64,000 bases of DNA from Candidatus Latescibacterota bacterium. GTDB lineage: Bacteria; JAAXHH01. Each line of letters opens with the position of its first letter. The stretch's first letter is position 1. The notes beneath the pieces were generated by a model, which ran no database searches, was not told where the DNA came from, and saw only the letters and a program-made list of their open reading frames with translations. A program made the position numbers and the translations under genes. The stretch spans positions 1,073,330 to 1,137,329 of the forward strand of contig JAJEEG010000006.1 in the NCBI GenBank assembly GCA_022821085.1, written 5' to 3'. Shown one piece after another: positions 39,198 to 48,193 of the stretch.

Positions 39198-41204
39198 CTA
39201 TTCGCCTTCTTCGGCTTCGGGTTCCGGACCCAGCTTCAATGCTATCAACTCGGCAGGATGACCACCGGCGCCAACCGTCATGATGAGGTACTGCACGTCA
39301 TTGTGCATGTAGGTCATGGGCATGCCGCTTTGGGCCGCCGGCAGTTCGATCGACGCGACGACTTCGCCCGTCGCCTTGTCGTAGGCGTGGAGATAAGGAT
39401 CTCCTCCGAAGCCCTCGCCTGCGAAGAGCAGCGTGCTCGTCACCAGGGAACCGATACGGGTGGCCTTGCCGGTCCGGGGCAGATCGACGCCCGCAAGCTG
39501 CGGCAGGTCCTTGATGGCCTGCGGCGTATCGCCGTTAGGCGCCATCCACACGTGATCGCCCGTGTTCATATCGACCGCGGTGATCCGTCCCCAGGGCGGC
39601 CTGACCAGCGGGATCTCGCCGAAGACCCTCGGCGCCCTCAGCCCGGCCGAGAAGTAGTCCATGTCCGATTCTTCGGGATCCGGCGCCCGGAGCGCCAGCT
39701 TCGAAATGCTGGTATTGGAAGGAATGAAATTCACGCCGGTGACCGGGTCCAGGCAGGTCATGTTCCAGTTGACCCCGCCGTTCGCGCCGGGAATCTGTAT
39801 CGTGCCGATGGTACCGTCCGGCGCTTCCGCGAGCGAAGGCGGCTGGAAAAGCGGCCCGTACCGGTGGTTGGCCATCAGGTTGATCGCCTCCTGGCGCACC
39901 TCCGGGGTGAAGTCCACCAGGTCGTCCTGACTGATGCCCTGGTGTTCCCAGGGAGCGGGCTTCACGGGAATCGGTTGCGTGGGCGAAGCCCGGTCGCCAG
40001 GCACGTCCGAGGCAGGCACGTCCGTTTCCGGCATATCCCAGATGGGTTCGCCAGTCACCCGGTCGAACACGTAGGAATACCCCTGTTTGGTGTTCTGGAT
40101 CACGATCTTGCGATCTTCGCCGTCGATCGTCACGTCGGCCAGGATCGGCGCGGCGGGATTGTCATAGTCCCAGATATCGTGATGGACGATCTGGAAGTGC
40201 CAGATCTTTTCACCCGTCGTGTAATCGACGGCCACCAGGCTGTTCGCGTACAGGTTGTCGCCCAGGCGATGCCCGCCGTAGTAATCGTTCGTCGGCGCTT
40301 CGACAGGCAGATAGGCATAGCCCAGTTCGGTATCGGCGGAGATGGAGGTCCATACGCCGGCGTTCCCGGTATAGGATCTCGAATTCTGCTCCCAGGTCTC
40401 CGCGCCTTCTTCGCCTTCGTCCGGTATAACCTTGAACTTCCACAGGATTGCGCCGGATCGTGCGTCGTAGGCTACGACGTCTCCCGGCGAGTTGGTCATC
40501 GACCGGGGCCGGAATCCCGCGGCGAGGGCCGGCGGAACGAGAATGATGTCCTCCACGACCGTCGCGGGAGACGTGTTGGCGAGGTTGCCGACGGGCGTGA
40601 CGTTCTCCGCGTTGCGCCAGCCTTCCATCATGTCGACCACGCCGTTATTGCCGAATTCGGCCACCGGGATGCCCGTTTGGGCGTCGAGGGCCACCAGGTA
40701 AAACCCCCGGGTGATCAGAATGACCCGGTTGTCGCCCTGACCGTCGGTCCAGAACGAGACGCCGCGCCCGGAATTTCGCCGCGGAGCCGTTGCCCAGCGT
40801 TCTTCGTCCTCCACCGGGCGGTAGGTCCACATTGTCTCGCCCGTTTCCGGCTCGATGGCCATGGCGCTGCGCCGCGTACCCGCCGTGGAATAAAGCATGC
40901 CGCCGACGTAGATGGGCACCGGCTGGGCGTAGTACTCGGGACGGGGGCCGTAGTTGTCCTGCTTCCATCGCCAGGCGACCTCGAGGCGGCCCACGTTATC
41001 CGCATTGATCTGATCCAGCGGGGAATAGCGCGTGTAGGCCAGGTCGCGGCCCAACATGCGCCATTCGGAATCGGGCTGTTCCACCGGTATGATCTTACCC
41101 GGCGCCCTTTGTGCCGCGGGTTCGCAGGATGCTAATATCGTGATCGCCATGGCCAGCGCGATCAACGGCGGCGTCCATCGAAACAAGGGGGAAAATCTAC
41201 TCAT
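39198..41204 (-). CDS. PQQ-dependent dehydrogenase (quinoprotein beta-propeller), lipoprotein
   Basis: Lipobox LASC; repeated W-containing propeller motifs (..VAWRWKQD.., ..GETMWTYRP.., ..GAILWKFKV.., ..GEKIWHFQIVHHDIWDYD.., ..GEPIWDMPE..); GGGAGG SD before Met 41204. Confidence 0.8.
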   Translation of the reverse strand: MSRFSPLFRWTPPLIALAMAITILASCEPAAQRAPGKIIPVEQPDSEWRMLGRDLAYTRYSPLDQINADNVGRLEVAWRWKQDNYGPRPEYYAQPVPIYVGGMLYSTAGTRRSAMAIEPETGETMWTYRPVEDEERWATAPRRNSGRGVSFWTDGQGDNRVILITRGFYLVALDAQTGIPVAEFGNNGVVDMMEGWRNAENVTPVGNLANTSPATVVEDIILVPPALAAGFRPRSMTNSPGDVVAYDARSGAILWKFKVIPDEGEEGAETWEQNSRSYTGNAGVWTSISADTELGYAYLPVEAPTNDYYGGHRLGDNLYANSLVAVDYTTGEKIWHFQIVHHDIWDYDNPAAPILADVTIDGEDRKIVIQNTKQGYSYVFDRVTGEPIWDMPETDVPASDVPGDRASPTQPIPVKPAPWEHQGISQDDLVDFTPEVRQEAINLMANHRYGPLFQPPSLAEAPDGTIGTIQIPGANGGVNWNMTCLDPVTGVNFIPSNTSISKLALRAPDPEESDMDYFSAGLRAPRVFGEIPLVRPPWGRITAVDMNTGDHVWMAPNGDTPQAIKDLPQLAGVDLPRTGKATRIGSLVTSTLLFAGEGFGGDPYLHAYDKATGEVVASIELPAAQSGMPMTYMHNDVQYLIMTVGAGGHPAELIALKLGPEPEAEEGE

Positions 41205-41252
41205 CACACGCTGCCTCCCATGATGCGGGTTGATTGGTGCTGCAAATCGCAT

Positions 41253-41422
41253 GTTCGAAATCGTTATGATACGGAGATGTCACGGACCGGGATAAGCGTT
41301 CAAGCCCGTATTCCCTGTATACAAAACAGGCGATCTGGTATTGAATAGTTTTGTAAATATCAGACCAATGTAGCGTCACGCATTTTCGATGTAAAGCCCT
41401 TTATGGAGAACCTGACCATGGC
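41253..41422. promoter_or_regulatory. AT-rich intergenic region upstream of PQQ dehydrogenase operon (probable promoter/regulatory region)
   Basis: 170 bp with markedly lower GC than surroundings (..aaatcgcatgttcgaaatcgttatgatacgg..ttgaatagttttgtaaatatcagaccaatg..) in a 65% GC genome. Confidence 0.3.
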
Positions 41423-43159
41423 CTAGTCCCTGCGTGGCCAGGGCGTCTCGGGCGGACCGAAACGAGGTTCTCCCAGCACGGGGGTCGACAGGCAGTAGAA
41501 ACCGTGATTGGCAAACAGCCAGACCAGGTTGCGGTCGTATTCGACGTAAATGCCATGGGTCAGATTGCCCAGGGCGTACTCCGGGGTGCGGGAAGGATCG
41601 AATTTCGGTACGAAGTAGGCGGTAATCTCCGGATTGGAGAGGTCGGAGACATCGAATACCTGTACGCCGGCGTTGTAGAAGGCATAGAGGAGGATGTCCT
41701 CCTTCGGCGTACCGGGCTGGGTATAGTAGCCGCTTCGTTTCGGCCCGAAACTACCGCGCCGCTGCACGAAATCCGTGAACGGCGCATCCGCGGGCGGCAC
41801 CGGCCGGGGCAGCGTGCCGAGCAGTTCGGGATTGACCGGATCGTTCACGTCGATCATGAAGATGTCCTTGTACGGCTCCCAGCCGTCTTCGTTCAGCGGA
41901 TAACCGGAGAAGTAGACCACGCCGGTCTTTTCCACCTGCGTCACGTTGATGTAGTCGCCTTCCGTGCCCGCGACGCTGGGCGGGAAGTTGAGGTGTCCCA
42001 GCGCCTTGATCGCGGCCGGGTCCGAGATGTCCAGCACGTAGAACCCCAGTCCTCCCATGGCGGCATAACCGTACCTGCCGCCTTCCTCCACGGGCCGGGC
42101 CATGAAGATCGACATGCGCGCGCCGAACCAGGAGGTCCGGTTTCCAGCACGGGGATTGGCCCGGTATGCGGCCTCGTCGTCCGGATCACCCAGTTTCTGG
42201 CCCGGCACGTTGAACTGGCTGACGAACATCGGATTGGACGGGTCGGACAGGTCCCATGCCTGGTAGCCGGCCGAGTACAGGTCGCTCGGGTATTCGGTCA
42301 GGGCGTATTCCGCGCTGGGCGCCGCGGCGACGAACATGTATCGGCCGCCGTGCCAGGCCGGGATGTCCCGGACGCCGGAGCCCTGTTGCTCGCCGACAGG
42401 CGCGTCGGGATGCTCGTAGTCTGTGGTTCGCTCGGCGAGCAAGGTCCAGTCTTCCGGCAGGGGCCCGTTCATCTCGTATACCTTGAATCCTTTGAGATGA
42501 TTGGCATGGCGAATCGCCTCAACCCGGTCCGGTTCCGCGCGCTTGTCGCTCAGCACGCCGAAGCGCCGGATCTCGAAGGCCTGCACCATGATATGCTTGC
42601 CCAGATCCTCGTTCCACTGGATGGACGCGGCGCCGAACATGTCGTCTTCGGCATAGGGATTGACTTCTTCGCCGGGCCCGTCTCCGGTCCACGTACTGCC
42701 CTTCTCATGGACGACTTTCAAGTCCTTCGGATCGGTGATATCATAGATTTTGAGGGCACGGCGCACGTACTGGTACATGTACCGCCGACCGTCGAAGTCC
42801 ACGATGTTCTGCCAGGTATGAAAGGGTTCGACGGTGATCGGGTAGTAGGCCTCGACGGTCATGTCCTTCGCGTACTCGTTCGTATCCCAGTAATCCAACT
42901 GGCCTTCGAAGGGTTTGGACTCATGCTGATGAGGTGTGGCCGCGGGGTAGATGAACCGGCCGGTCTCCGGGTCCATCCCGTAGCTCGCGGGATCGGGTTC
43001 GGGGGGCGTACGATCCTCCGCCAGCGCGTCGGCGTGGAGGACGAATTCGTCCACTATGTTGGACTGGGACGGGGATTCGCGCTCCGTTGAAGATCCGCAG
43101 CCGGCGGCGATCGTTCCACATAGCAGCGCGGCAACAAGGGGCGTCATGCGTGTCTTCAT
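41423..43159 (-). CDS. LVIVD-repeat beta-propeller lipoprotein
   Basis: Lipobox AAGC; repeated L.V.D.SDP..P units (IYDITDPKDL, WDLSDPSNP, YVLDISDPAAI, VQVFDVSDLSNPE). Confidence 0.5.
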   Translation of the reverse strand: MKTRMTPLVAALLCGTIAAGCGSSTERESPSQSNIVDEFVLHADALAEDRTPPEPDPASYGMDPETGRFIYPAATPHQHESKPFEGQLDYWDTNEYAKDMTVEAYYPITVEPFHTWQNIVDFDGRRYMYQYVRRALKIYDITDPKDLKVVHEKGSTWTGDGPGEEVNPYAEDDMFGAASIQWNEDLGKHIMVQAFEIRRFGVLSDKRAEPDRVEAIRHANHLKGFKVYEMNGPLPEDWTLLAERTTDYEHPDAPVGEQQGSGVRDIPAWHGGRYMFVAAAPSAEYALTEYPSDLYSAGYQAWDLSDPSNPMFVSQFNVPGQKLGDPDDEAAYRANPRAGNRTSWFGARMSIFMARPVEEGGRYGYAAMGGLGFYVLDISDPAAIKALGHLNFPPSVAGTEGDYINVTQVEKTGVVYFSGYPLNEDGWEPYKDIFMIDVNDPVNPELLGTLPRPVPPADAPFTDFVQRRGSFGPKRSGYYTQPGTPKEDILLYAFYNAGVQVFDVSDLSNPEITAYFVPKFDPSRTPEYALGNLTHGIYVEYDRNLVWLFANHGFYCLSTPVLGEPRFGPPETPWPRRD

Positions 43160-44292
43160 GGCTTGGCTTCCATGGGCGTGACGAGCCGGCCGATGCCCTC
43201 GATCTCCATTTCCACCACGTCGCCCGGCATGAGATATTCGGGCGGATTCCGGGCGCGGCCCACGCCGTCCGGCGTGCCCGTGGCGATCACGTCGCCCGGA
43301 TAGAGGGTCTGGACGGAGGTCAGATACCGAATCATGTGCGCTTCATCGTAGATCATGTAGCTGGTGTTGCTGTCCTGCTTGATCACGCCGTTGACCCAGG
43401 TCCTGATGTCGAGGTCGTCATGCTGGATGAACTCCTTGGGTACGATGTAGGGCCCGAAGGGGGCGGCGCGGTCGCTGCTTTTGCCGTTGAACCAGTTCGG
43501 ACCGGGGAACATGCGGTTGATCGGCTTCAGTCCGGAGCCGCCCCTGCGGCTGACGTCGAACAAGATGCTGTAGCCGAAGACATAGTCGTGGGCGTTTTCG
43601 AGGGTCAGGTCCAGGGCCGGCCTGCCGATGATGATGGCGAGTTCGACCTCCCAGTCGATGTTCACGTCCTTCGGCACGTAATAGGGTTCTCCCGGATCGA
43701 TAATGGTGGATCTTGGCGACTTGGCGAAGAAATAGGGTTCTTCGGCGTCCACGTCCACTTCAACGGCAGTGAAACCCGCGCCCCCGATGGCCGATTCTTC
43801 CATCTCGTCCGCGTGGGCCCGGTAGTTCGCCGCGGCCGCCAGCAGGTTGTAGGGATACTTGATCGGCGCCTTGAAGGAGACGTTCTCCGGATCGAATACG
43901 AAGGGCAGGTCCGGGTTCGACAGGCGGTTTTCCGCGCCCATGTAGTTCGCGATCGTGTACATGCGGTTGGATACGGCGTCGTATTGCTCGATCAGCGCCC
44001 GCATTTCCTTCGGAATGGATGCCACGGGCAATCCAAGCTGACGGGTGACGTAGGCGTTCGCCTCGTGCAGGTCCATCAGCCTTTCCTGGTTCGCCTGGCC
44101 CGGCTGGCCCGCCTGGCCCGTCTGGACCGACATGCCGATGCGGATCGTTCCCGTGGCCTCGAAGGTGGCGAGCTTGAAGGGCGTATCCGGCTGGTCGGAT
44201 ACCTGGGACCGGGCCGAGCCTGGTGCAGTCAGCCATAGCGCGGCGCCAATCAACAGTACAGCGACCGGCAGAAATCGTATCCGGTGCGGCAT
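43156..44292 (-). CDS. Fumarylacetoacetate hydrolase (FAH) family protein with signal peptide and ~120 aa N-terminal extension
   Basis: ..DWEVELAIIIGRPALDLTLENAHDYVFGYSILFDVSRR.. FAH-fold signature; N-terminus MPHRIRFLPVAVLLIGAALWLTAPGSARS; stop overlaps start of downstream LVIVD gene. Confidence 0.75.
   Translation of the reverse strand: MPHRIRFLPVAVLLIGAALWLTAPGSARSQVSDQPDTPFKLATFEATGTIRIGMSVQTGQAGQPGQANQERLMDLHEANAYVTRQLGLPVASIPKEMRALIEQYDAVSNRMYTIANYMGAENRLSNPDLPFVFDPENVSFKAPIKYPYNLLAAAANYRAHADEMEESAIGGAGFTAVEVDVDAEEPYFFAKSPRSTIIDPGEPYYVPKDVNIDWEVELAIIIGRPALDLTLENAHDYVFGYSILFDVSRRGGSGLKPINRMFPGPNWFNGKSSDRAAPFGPYIVPKEFIQHDDLDIRTWVNGVIKQDSNTSYMIYDEAHMIRYLTSVQTLYPGDVIATGTPDGVGRARNPPEYLMPGDVVEMEIEGIGRLVTPMEAKP
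44093..44128. repeat. In-frame 9-bp tandem repeat x4 (gcctggccc-like) inside FAH-family gene
   Basis: gcctggccc ggctggccc gcctggccc gtctggacc; encodes QTG-QAG-QPG-QAN on minus strand. Confidence 0.75.
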
Positions 44293-44480
44293 AGCAGCAA
44301 CCTCCTTGATGACCGGTCGATCCGGGCGTTATCGTATCTCCAGGAAGAGACAGCGCACCAGATCGCGGGATTACAGATCAGGCGACCTGCCGGAGCATCC
44401 GGCCAGATAGTCGCGGGATAACGGGGTGCGGAAGCGTACAGGTGGGATGGATATGTCGAATTGTTGTTTGAGAAATCGGA

Positions 44481-44555
44481 TCGGGGCGGGGAGATTTGAA
44501 CTCCCGACCTCCTGCTCCCGAAGCAGGCGCGCTGACCGGGCTGCGCTACGCCCCG
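44481..44555 (-). tRNA. tRNA-Pro (anticodon CGG)
   Basis: Cloverleaf: acceptor CGGGGCG/CGCCCCG, D-stem GCGC, anticodon stem CCTGC/GCAGG with loop TTCGGGA, T-loop TTCAAAT; no encoded CCA. Confidence 0.85.
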
Positions 44556-44604
44556 ATGTGTGACCGATCATGGGACAAGGGCCCGGTGGGCCGCCTTGCC
44601 GGAA

Positions 44605-44678
44605 TCGGGGCGACTGGATTTGAACCAGCGACCACCAGCCCCCCATGCTGGTGCGCTACCTGACTGCGCTACGCCCCG
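44605..44678 (-). tRNA. tRNA-Pro (anticodon GGG)
   Basis: Acceptor CGGGGCG/CGCCCCG, anticodon stem CCAGC/GCTGG loop ATGGGGG, T-loop TTCAAAT. Confidence 0.8.
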
Positions 44679-44725
44679 AAAACTTCGGCGTATAATGTAT
44701 GCCGATGAGGGGCTTCGGGCAAGGG

Positions 44726-45700
44726 TTATTTTGGCGGCTTTAGCGTGCCCCCGCACGATCCCATACGGCTGCGGGCCTGTTCGACGAACCAGCGATGATC
44801 GGCGCGAATCAGGGATTCGTCCCGTGTTTCAGTTGCGAGGAAGTCGAGTTTATTCACTACGCGAAACGCCGTGTAAACGTCCCACCAGGGCAGGCATCCG
44901 GAGTCCACGGGATTCAGGGATTCGTAGTGACGGGTGAACAGGTCCATGATTTCGGCACCGAAGAGCATCAGGATCTCGAACCGGGCGTTCGACACGTCGA
45001 AGAGCGGGTCTCCCCGCCGGGTGTCCTCCCAGTCGATGATTGCCGTGAGGCGTCCATCCTGCCAGAGGGTGTTCCCCGGCCAGTAGTCGCCGTGCAGGAC
45101 GACCGGCGTATTGTTGCGGGGGAGCGGCCAGCACGGCGCGAGCATTTCGATCAGTTCGCGTTCGCCCGCAGTAACGCCGGGCGTTTCCGGCGGCTTTCCG
45201 ATTGCTGAAGCGCAGTCATCCTCCACCCGCAGCAGAAAGGAAAGATCCCGGCCGGCCGTATCCATCCGGTGTATCCTGGCCAGTTCACGGGCCATCTGCA
45301 TCACGTACTCCGCCGAATCTCCGGGCTTCAGATCGGTCTTACCTTCCGCATATTCCAGCACCAGGGAGGGTGAGGGGAAAAGGGGATCCGTCGCGTCCAG
45401 GTAGACCGGGGCGGGCGTGGCCAGCCCCGCGGCGTGGGTCAGCTGCAGCACGCGGAACTCATCCGCGGCCACGTTCGGGTTCTGCTGGAGGTCCACCGCG
45501 CCGTGCAGCCGGTGAATGAGCTTTCTCAACGTACCGTCCCCGGCTTCCACTTCCAGGACGGTCACATCGGCCGAGTAGCCTCCGGGCAGGCCGCGATGGC
45601 TTTTCAACCTGGCGCGCGGATCGAATCTGTGGACGAGCTTTTCGAACCGGTGGTAATCGTCGACGGGTTCCATGGGAGGCCTATTCCCCGGGGTAGTCAA
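44726..45700 (-). CDS. Aminoglycoside-phosphotransferase-fold (APH/choline-kinase superfamily) small-molecule kinase
   Basis: Catalytic loop VLHGDYWPGNTLW and IDWEDTRRGDPLFDV. Confidence 0.75.
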   Translation of the reverse strand: MTTPGNRPPMEPVDDYHRFEKLVHRFDPRARLKSHRGLPGGYSADVTVLEVEAGDGTLRKLIHRLHGAVDLQQNPNVAADEFRVLQLTHAAGLATPAPVYLDATDPLFPSPSLVLEYAEGKTDLKPGDSAEYVMQMARELARIHRMDTAGRDLSFLLRVEDDCASAIGKPPETPGVTAGERELIEMLAPCWPLPRNNTPVVLHGDYWPGNTLWQDGRLTAIIDWEDTRRGDPLFDVSNARFEILMLFGAEIMDLFTRHYESLNPVDSGCLPWWDVYTAFRVVNKLDFLATETRDESLIRADHRWFVEQARSRMGSCGGTLKPPK

Positions 45701-47129
45701 TGGCCCACTTGCCCGCGAGATTCCCGCTGCCGCCTCTTTCGCTCCAGAGGGCTACCACGTCTTCCGGAGCGTGGTTTTCCGCCAGGTGGGCCAGGAACAG
45801 GCCGTGCAGGTCATCCAGGGAGGTCTCGTTGCCGGCGGCGACGTTCTGTTGGGCAAGCCGGTCCTTCTGCAGGTCGTAGAGCTCGGGCCTGCCGTCTGCT
45901 CCGACGGGTGCGTAGCCCCAACGATCCGTAACGAGGAAGGGTGTCGTGGCGCGACTGGGCAGGCCGCCCGACGGATCCGCGAAGTGGCAGCCGCTGACCG
46001 CGTACTCCCGGTGGGTGGCCCGGCTTTCCAGCACGGCGTCTGCGAAGGAAACCCCGTCGAAGGGTTCAGGTGGGTCCACTGAGACGCCGGCCAGGTCGCA
46101 GAGGCTCGGGAACAGGTCGATCGTCTGCGTAATCAGCGGGAGTCGCGCCCCGGGGGGTACGCCGCCGCCGGCCAGCATCAACATGACGTGGCCGATCTCC
46201 GGGTAGATGGGCCAGAACCTCCCGTCGGTCTCCGTTATGTTGGACTTGCCCGTCCGATCGTGCTCGCCGATGGACATGCCGTGGTCCGACATGACGGTGA
46301 CGATGGTATCGTCCCAGAGACCCAGGTCGTCGATCTTCCGCAGGACCTGGCCTATGTGGCGGTCCACGAGTTCCGTCTCCGCCGCGTAGTGGGCCCACAG
46401 GTTGTGCAGTTCCTCCGGCGTGTAGACCGACGACGGTCCGTAGTTCGGATGCAGCATGGGCGGCCCCGTGTAATCGGGGTCGTAACGCCGCACCATGTAT
46501 TCCGGCGGATCCCAGGGTTCGTGAGGATCGAAGAAATCCACCCACAGGAAGAACGGGCCGGACCCTGAGTTTTCCTCGAGCCAGCGAACGGCGGTCTGCG
46601 CGGTCCGGGCGGAGAAGACGTCGGATTCGTACCGGTAGTAGTGGTTGATCCAGCGGTGCTGGTTGACGAGCGTATGGCCCCTATAGCGCGGGTGTACGCG
46701 GGTTTTGTCGTCCTGGACGACGCGTTCCACGGGGTCGTTGAGGTGGAGCAGCGGCCTGTCGCCCTCCTGGCCCCGGTTCTGATACGCCGCGTCGAAGCCG
46801 TCGGTGAAACGGGCCTTGAACAGGTGGGGACAGTCGCAGATCAGTTGTGTGGCGTAACCCAGTTCTCCGAGCATCCTGCCCGCGTGGTTGGGCCCGCTCA
46901 GATCGATGGGCTGCCAGCCGTAATGCGGCCAGCCAGTGACGCCCGTCGCGAAATCGGTGCGATGGGGGATCGTGGGGAAGCTGCCCATGTGCGCTTTCGT
47001 GATCTCCGTCGCCCGTTCCGCGGCGAAACGGTCCAGCTCGGGTGTTCGCACGGGCCGCTCCGCGCGGTTTCCCAGGTTGTCGTGGCGGAAGGTATCCGTG
47101 ATGAGTACGACGATGTTCTTCGGCATCAT
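45681..47129 (-). CDS. Alkaline-phosphatase-superfamily sulfatase-like hydrolase/transferase, Thr at the formylglycine position
   Basis: N-terminal MMPKNIVVLITDTFRHDNLG and sulfatase-signature-like GSFPTIPHRTDFATG (C/S-x-P-x-R-x-x-x-x-T-G with T replacing C/S); no signal peptide; 3' end overlaps kinase gene start by 20 nt. Confidence 0.7.
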   Translation of the reverse strand: MMPKNIVVLITDTFRHDNLGNRAERPVRTPELDRFAAERATEITKAHMGSFPTIPHRTDFATGVTGWPHYGWQPIDLSGPNHAGRMLGELGYATQLICDCPHLFKARFTDGFDAAYQNRGQEGDRPLLHLNDPVERVVQDDKTRVHPRYRGHTLVNQHRWINHYYRYESDVFSARTAQTAVRWLEENSGSGPFFLWVDFFDPHEPWDPPEYMVRRYDPDYTGPPMLHPNYGPSSVYTPEELHNLWAHYAAETELVDRHIGQVLRKIDDLGLWDDTIVTVMSDHGMSIGEHDRTGKSNITETDGRFWPIYPEIGHVMLMLAGGGVPPGARLPLITQTIDLFPSLCDLAGVSVDPPEPFDGVSFADAVLESRATHREYAVSGCHFADPSGGLPSRATTPFLVTDRWGYAPVGADGRPELYDLQKDRLAQQNVAAGNETSLDDLHGLFLAHLAENHAPEDVVALWSERGGSGNLAGKWAIDYPGE

Positions 47130-47239
47130 GATCCTTTCATGAATGGGATGGCGATTCCCTTGCGTCTTGCTCAGGGTACATACCAGGCCATCTGATATGC
47201 CGGCCGGCAGTCTACGCGTTCAGCCGGCAAGCACCTCGT

Positions 47240-48193
47240 TCAGCCGTCGATCTCGCAGTCTTCCAGGTAACGGTCCACCGACGCCTTCAGCGATATCTCT
47301 CCGCCCATCACTCGGTCTTCGTAGGCGCGGTACCAACCAGGTATCAGGGACCGTGTCTCCCGGAACTCGGCGAGGATGAGCCTTGCGAAATCTCCGCTGT
47401 CCTCCAGGTAGCCGGTTTCGTGAAAGCGCGCGATCGCCCGTTCGCGGTCGTAGTCGAGGCGGATGATTTCCGCCTTCCACGCACCGGCCTCGAACGTCAT
47501 CTGGGCGTAGGCCGCGCGGGGGTCCCGGTCGAAGGGCGCGCCTACCGCGCCCACGTTGACGACCAGGGCATCGTCCACGGTCCGGATAAGGGGCCGGTGC
47601 GTGTGTCCCACCACAAGCACCTTCGGCGCCGGAGCGATCTTCTCGCGCAGCGATGCTTCCGTATCGTCGGGGAAGATCCCCTTGCGGTCGCCCAGCATGG
47701 ATGCGTGCACCATGCGGAATTCGTTCCCCGACTCATCGGTCATGGACCACTGAAAGGATAGCGCTTCGAGGTGTTCGACCAGGCGATTCGGGCTATCGGG
47801 GCGGTCCGGGTCGGCCTGAATGGCCTGGTCGGCCTGACTGGCCTGGCCGGCCTGACTGGCCTGGCCGGCCTGATCGGCCTGCCCAGCCTGGCCGACCAGT
47901 TGGTCGTAGGTCCACTTCGCATGCCGGATGATCTCGAATTCGGGACCGCGGTCGGGCAGGTTTCCCCTTCCGTACTTCAGCACGTACCGCTCGTGGTTCC
48001 CATAGATCATGCCCCAGTCTTCCGCCAGGGCGCGAGTCACGACGCGTTGGGTGCACGCACGGGGATTCGGTCCCCGGTTGATGATGTCGCCCGCGCACAG
48101 GACCCGGTCGGGCTGCCAGCGGTCGATGTGTTCCAGGACGGTTTCCAGCGCATCCAGGTTGCTGTGCACGTCGGCGAAAACAGCGATCTTCAT
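47240..48193 (-). CDS. Metallophosphoesterase (calcineurin-like) with Q-A-x repeat insertion
   Basis: MKIAVFADVHSN, GDIINRGP, GNHE, VVGHTH motifs; insertion GQAGQADQAGQASQAGQASQADQAIQAD. Confidence 0.8.
   Translation of the reverse strand: MKIAVFADVHSNLDALETVLEHIDRWQPDRVLCAGDIINRGPNPRACTQRVVTRALAEDWGMIYGNHERYVLKYGRGNLPDRGPEFEIIRHAKWTYDQLVGQAGQADQAGQASQAGQASQADQAIQADPDRPDSPNRLVEHLEALSFQWSMTDESGNEFRMVHASMLGDRKGIFPDDTEASLREKIAPAPKVLVVGHTHRPLIRTVDDALVVNVGAVGAPFDRDPRAAYAQMTFEAGAWKAEIIRLDYDRERAIARFHETGYLEDSGDFARLILAEFRETRSLIPGWYRAYEDRVMGGEISLKASVDRYLEDCEIDG
47813..47893. repeat. In-frame 9-bp tandem repeat x9 (ggcctgNNN) inside metallophosphoesterase gene
   Basis: ggcctgaat ggcctggtc ggcctgact ggcctggcc ggcctgact ggcctggcc ggcctgatc ggcctgccc agcctggcc; encodes (x-Q-A)9 on minus strand. 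Confidence 0.85.

Noticed and set aside
39258-41135. 625-aa plus-strand ORF (and 41504-43090, 31353-33182, 48256-49986, 53305-54555, 56515-58731 similar)
   Set aside because: All are antisense to strongly supported genes (PQQ dehydrogenase, LVIVD protein, amidohydrolase, DMFase-like, membrane paralog B, ABC transporter) and show Arg/Gly/Asp-rich shadow-ORF composition.
44481-44678. tRNA-Sec near the selenoprotein candidate
   Set aside because: The two tRNAs here are ordinary 74-75 nt tRNA-Pro genes (anticodons CGG and GGG). None has the long variable arm or UCA anticodon of tRNA-Sec.
47813-47893. Possible CRISPR array
   Set aside because: The repeat unit is 9 bp with no spacers. It lies inside a coding sequence and stays in frame, so it is a coding minisatellite, not CRISPR.
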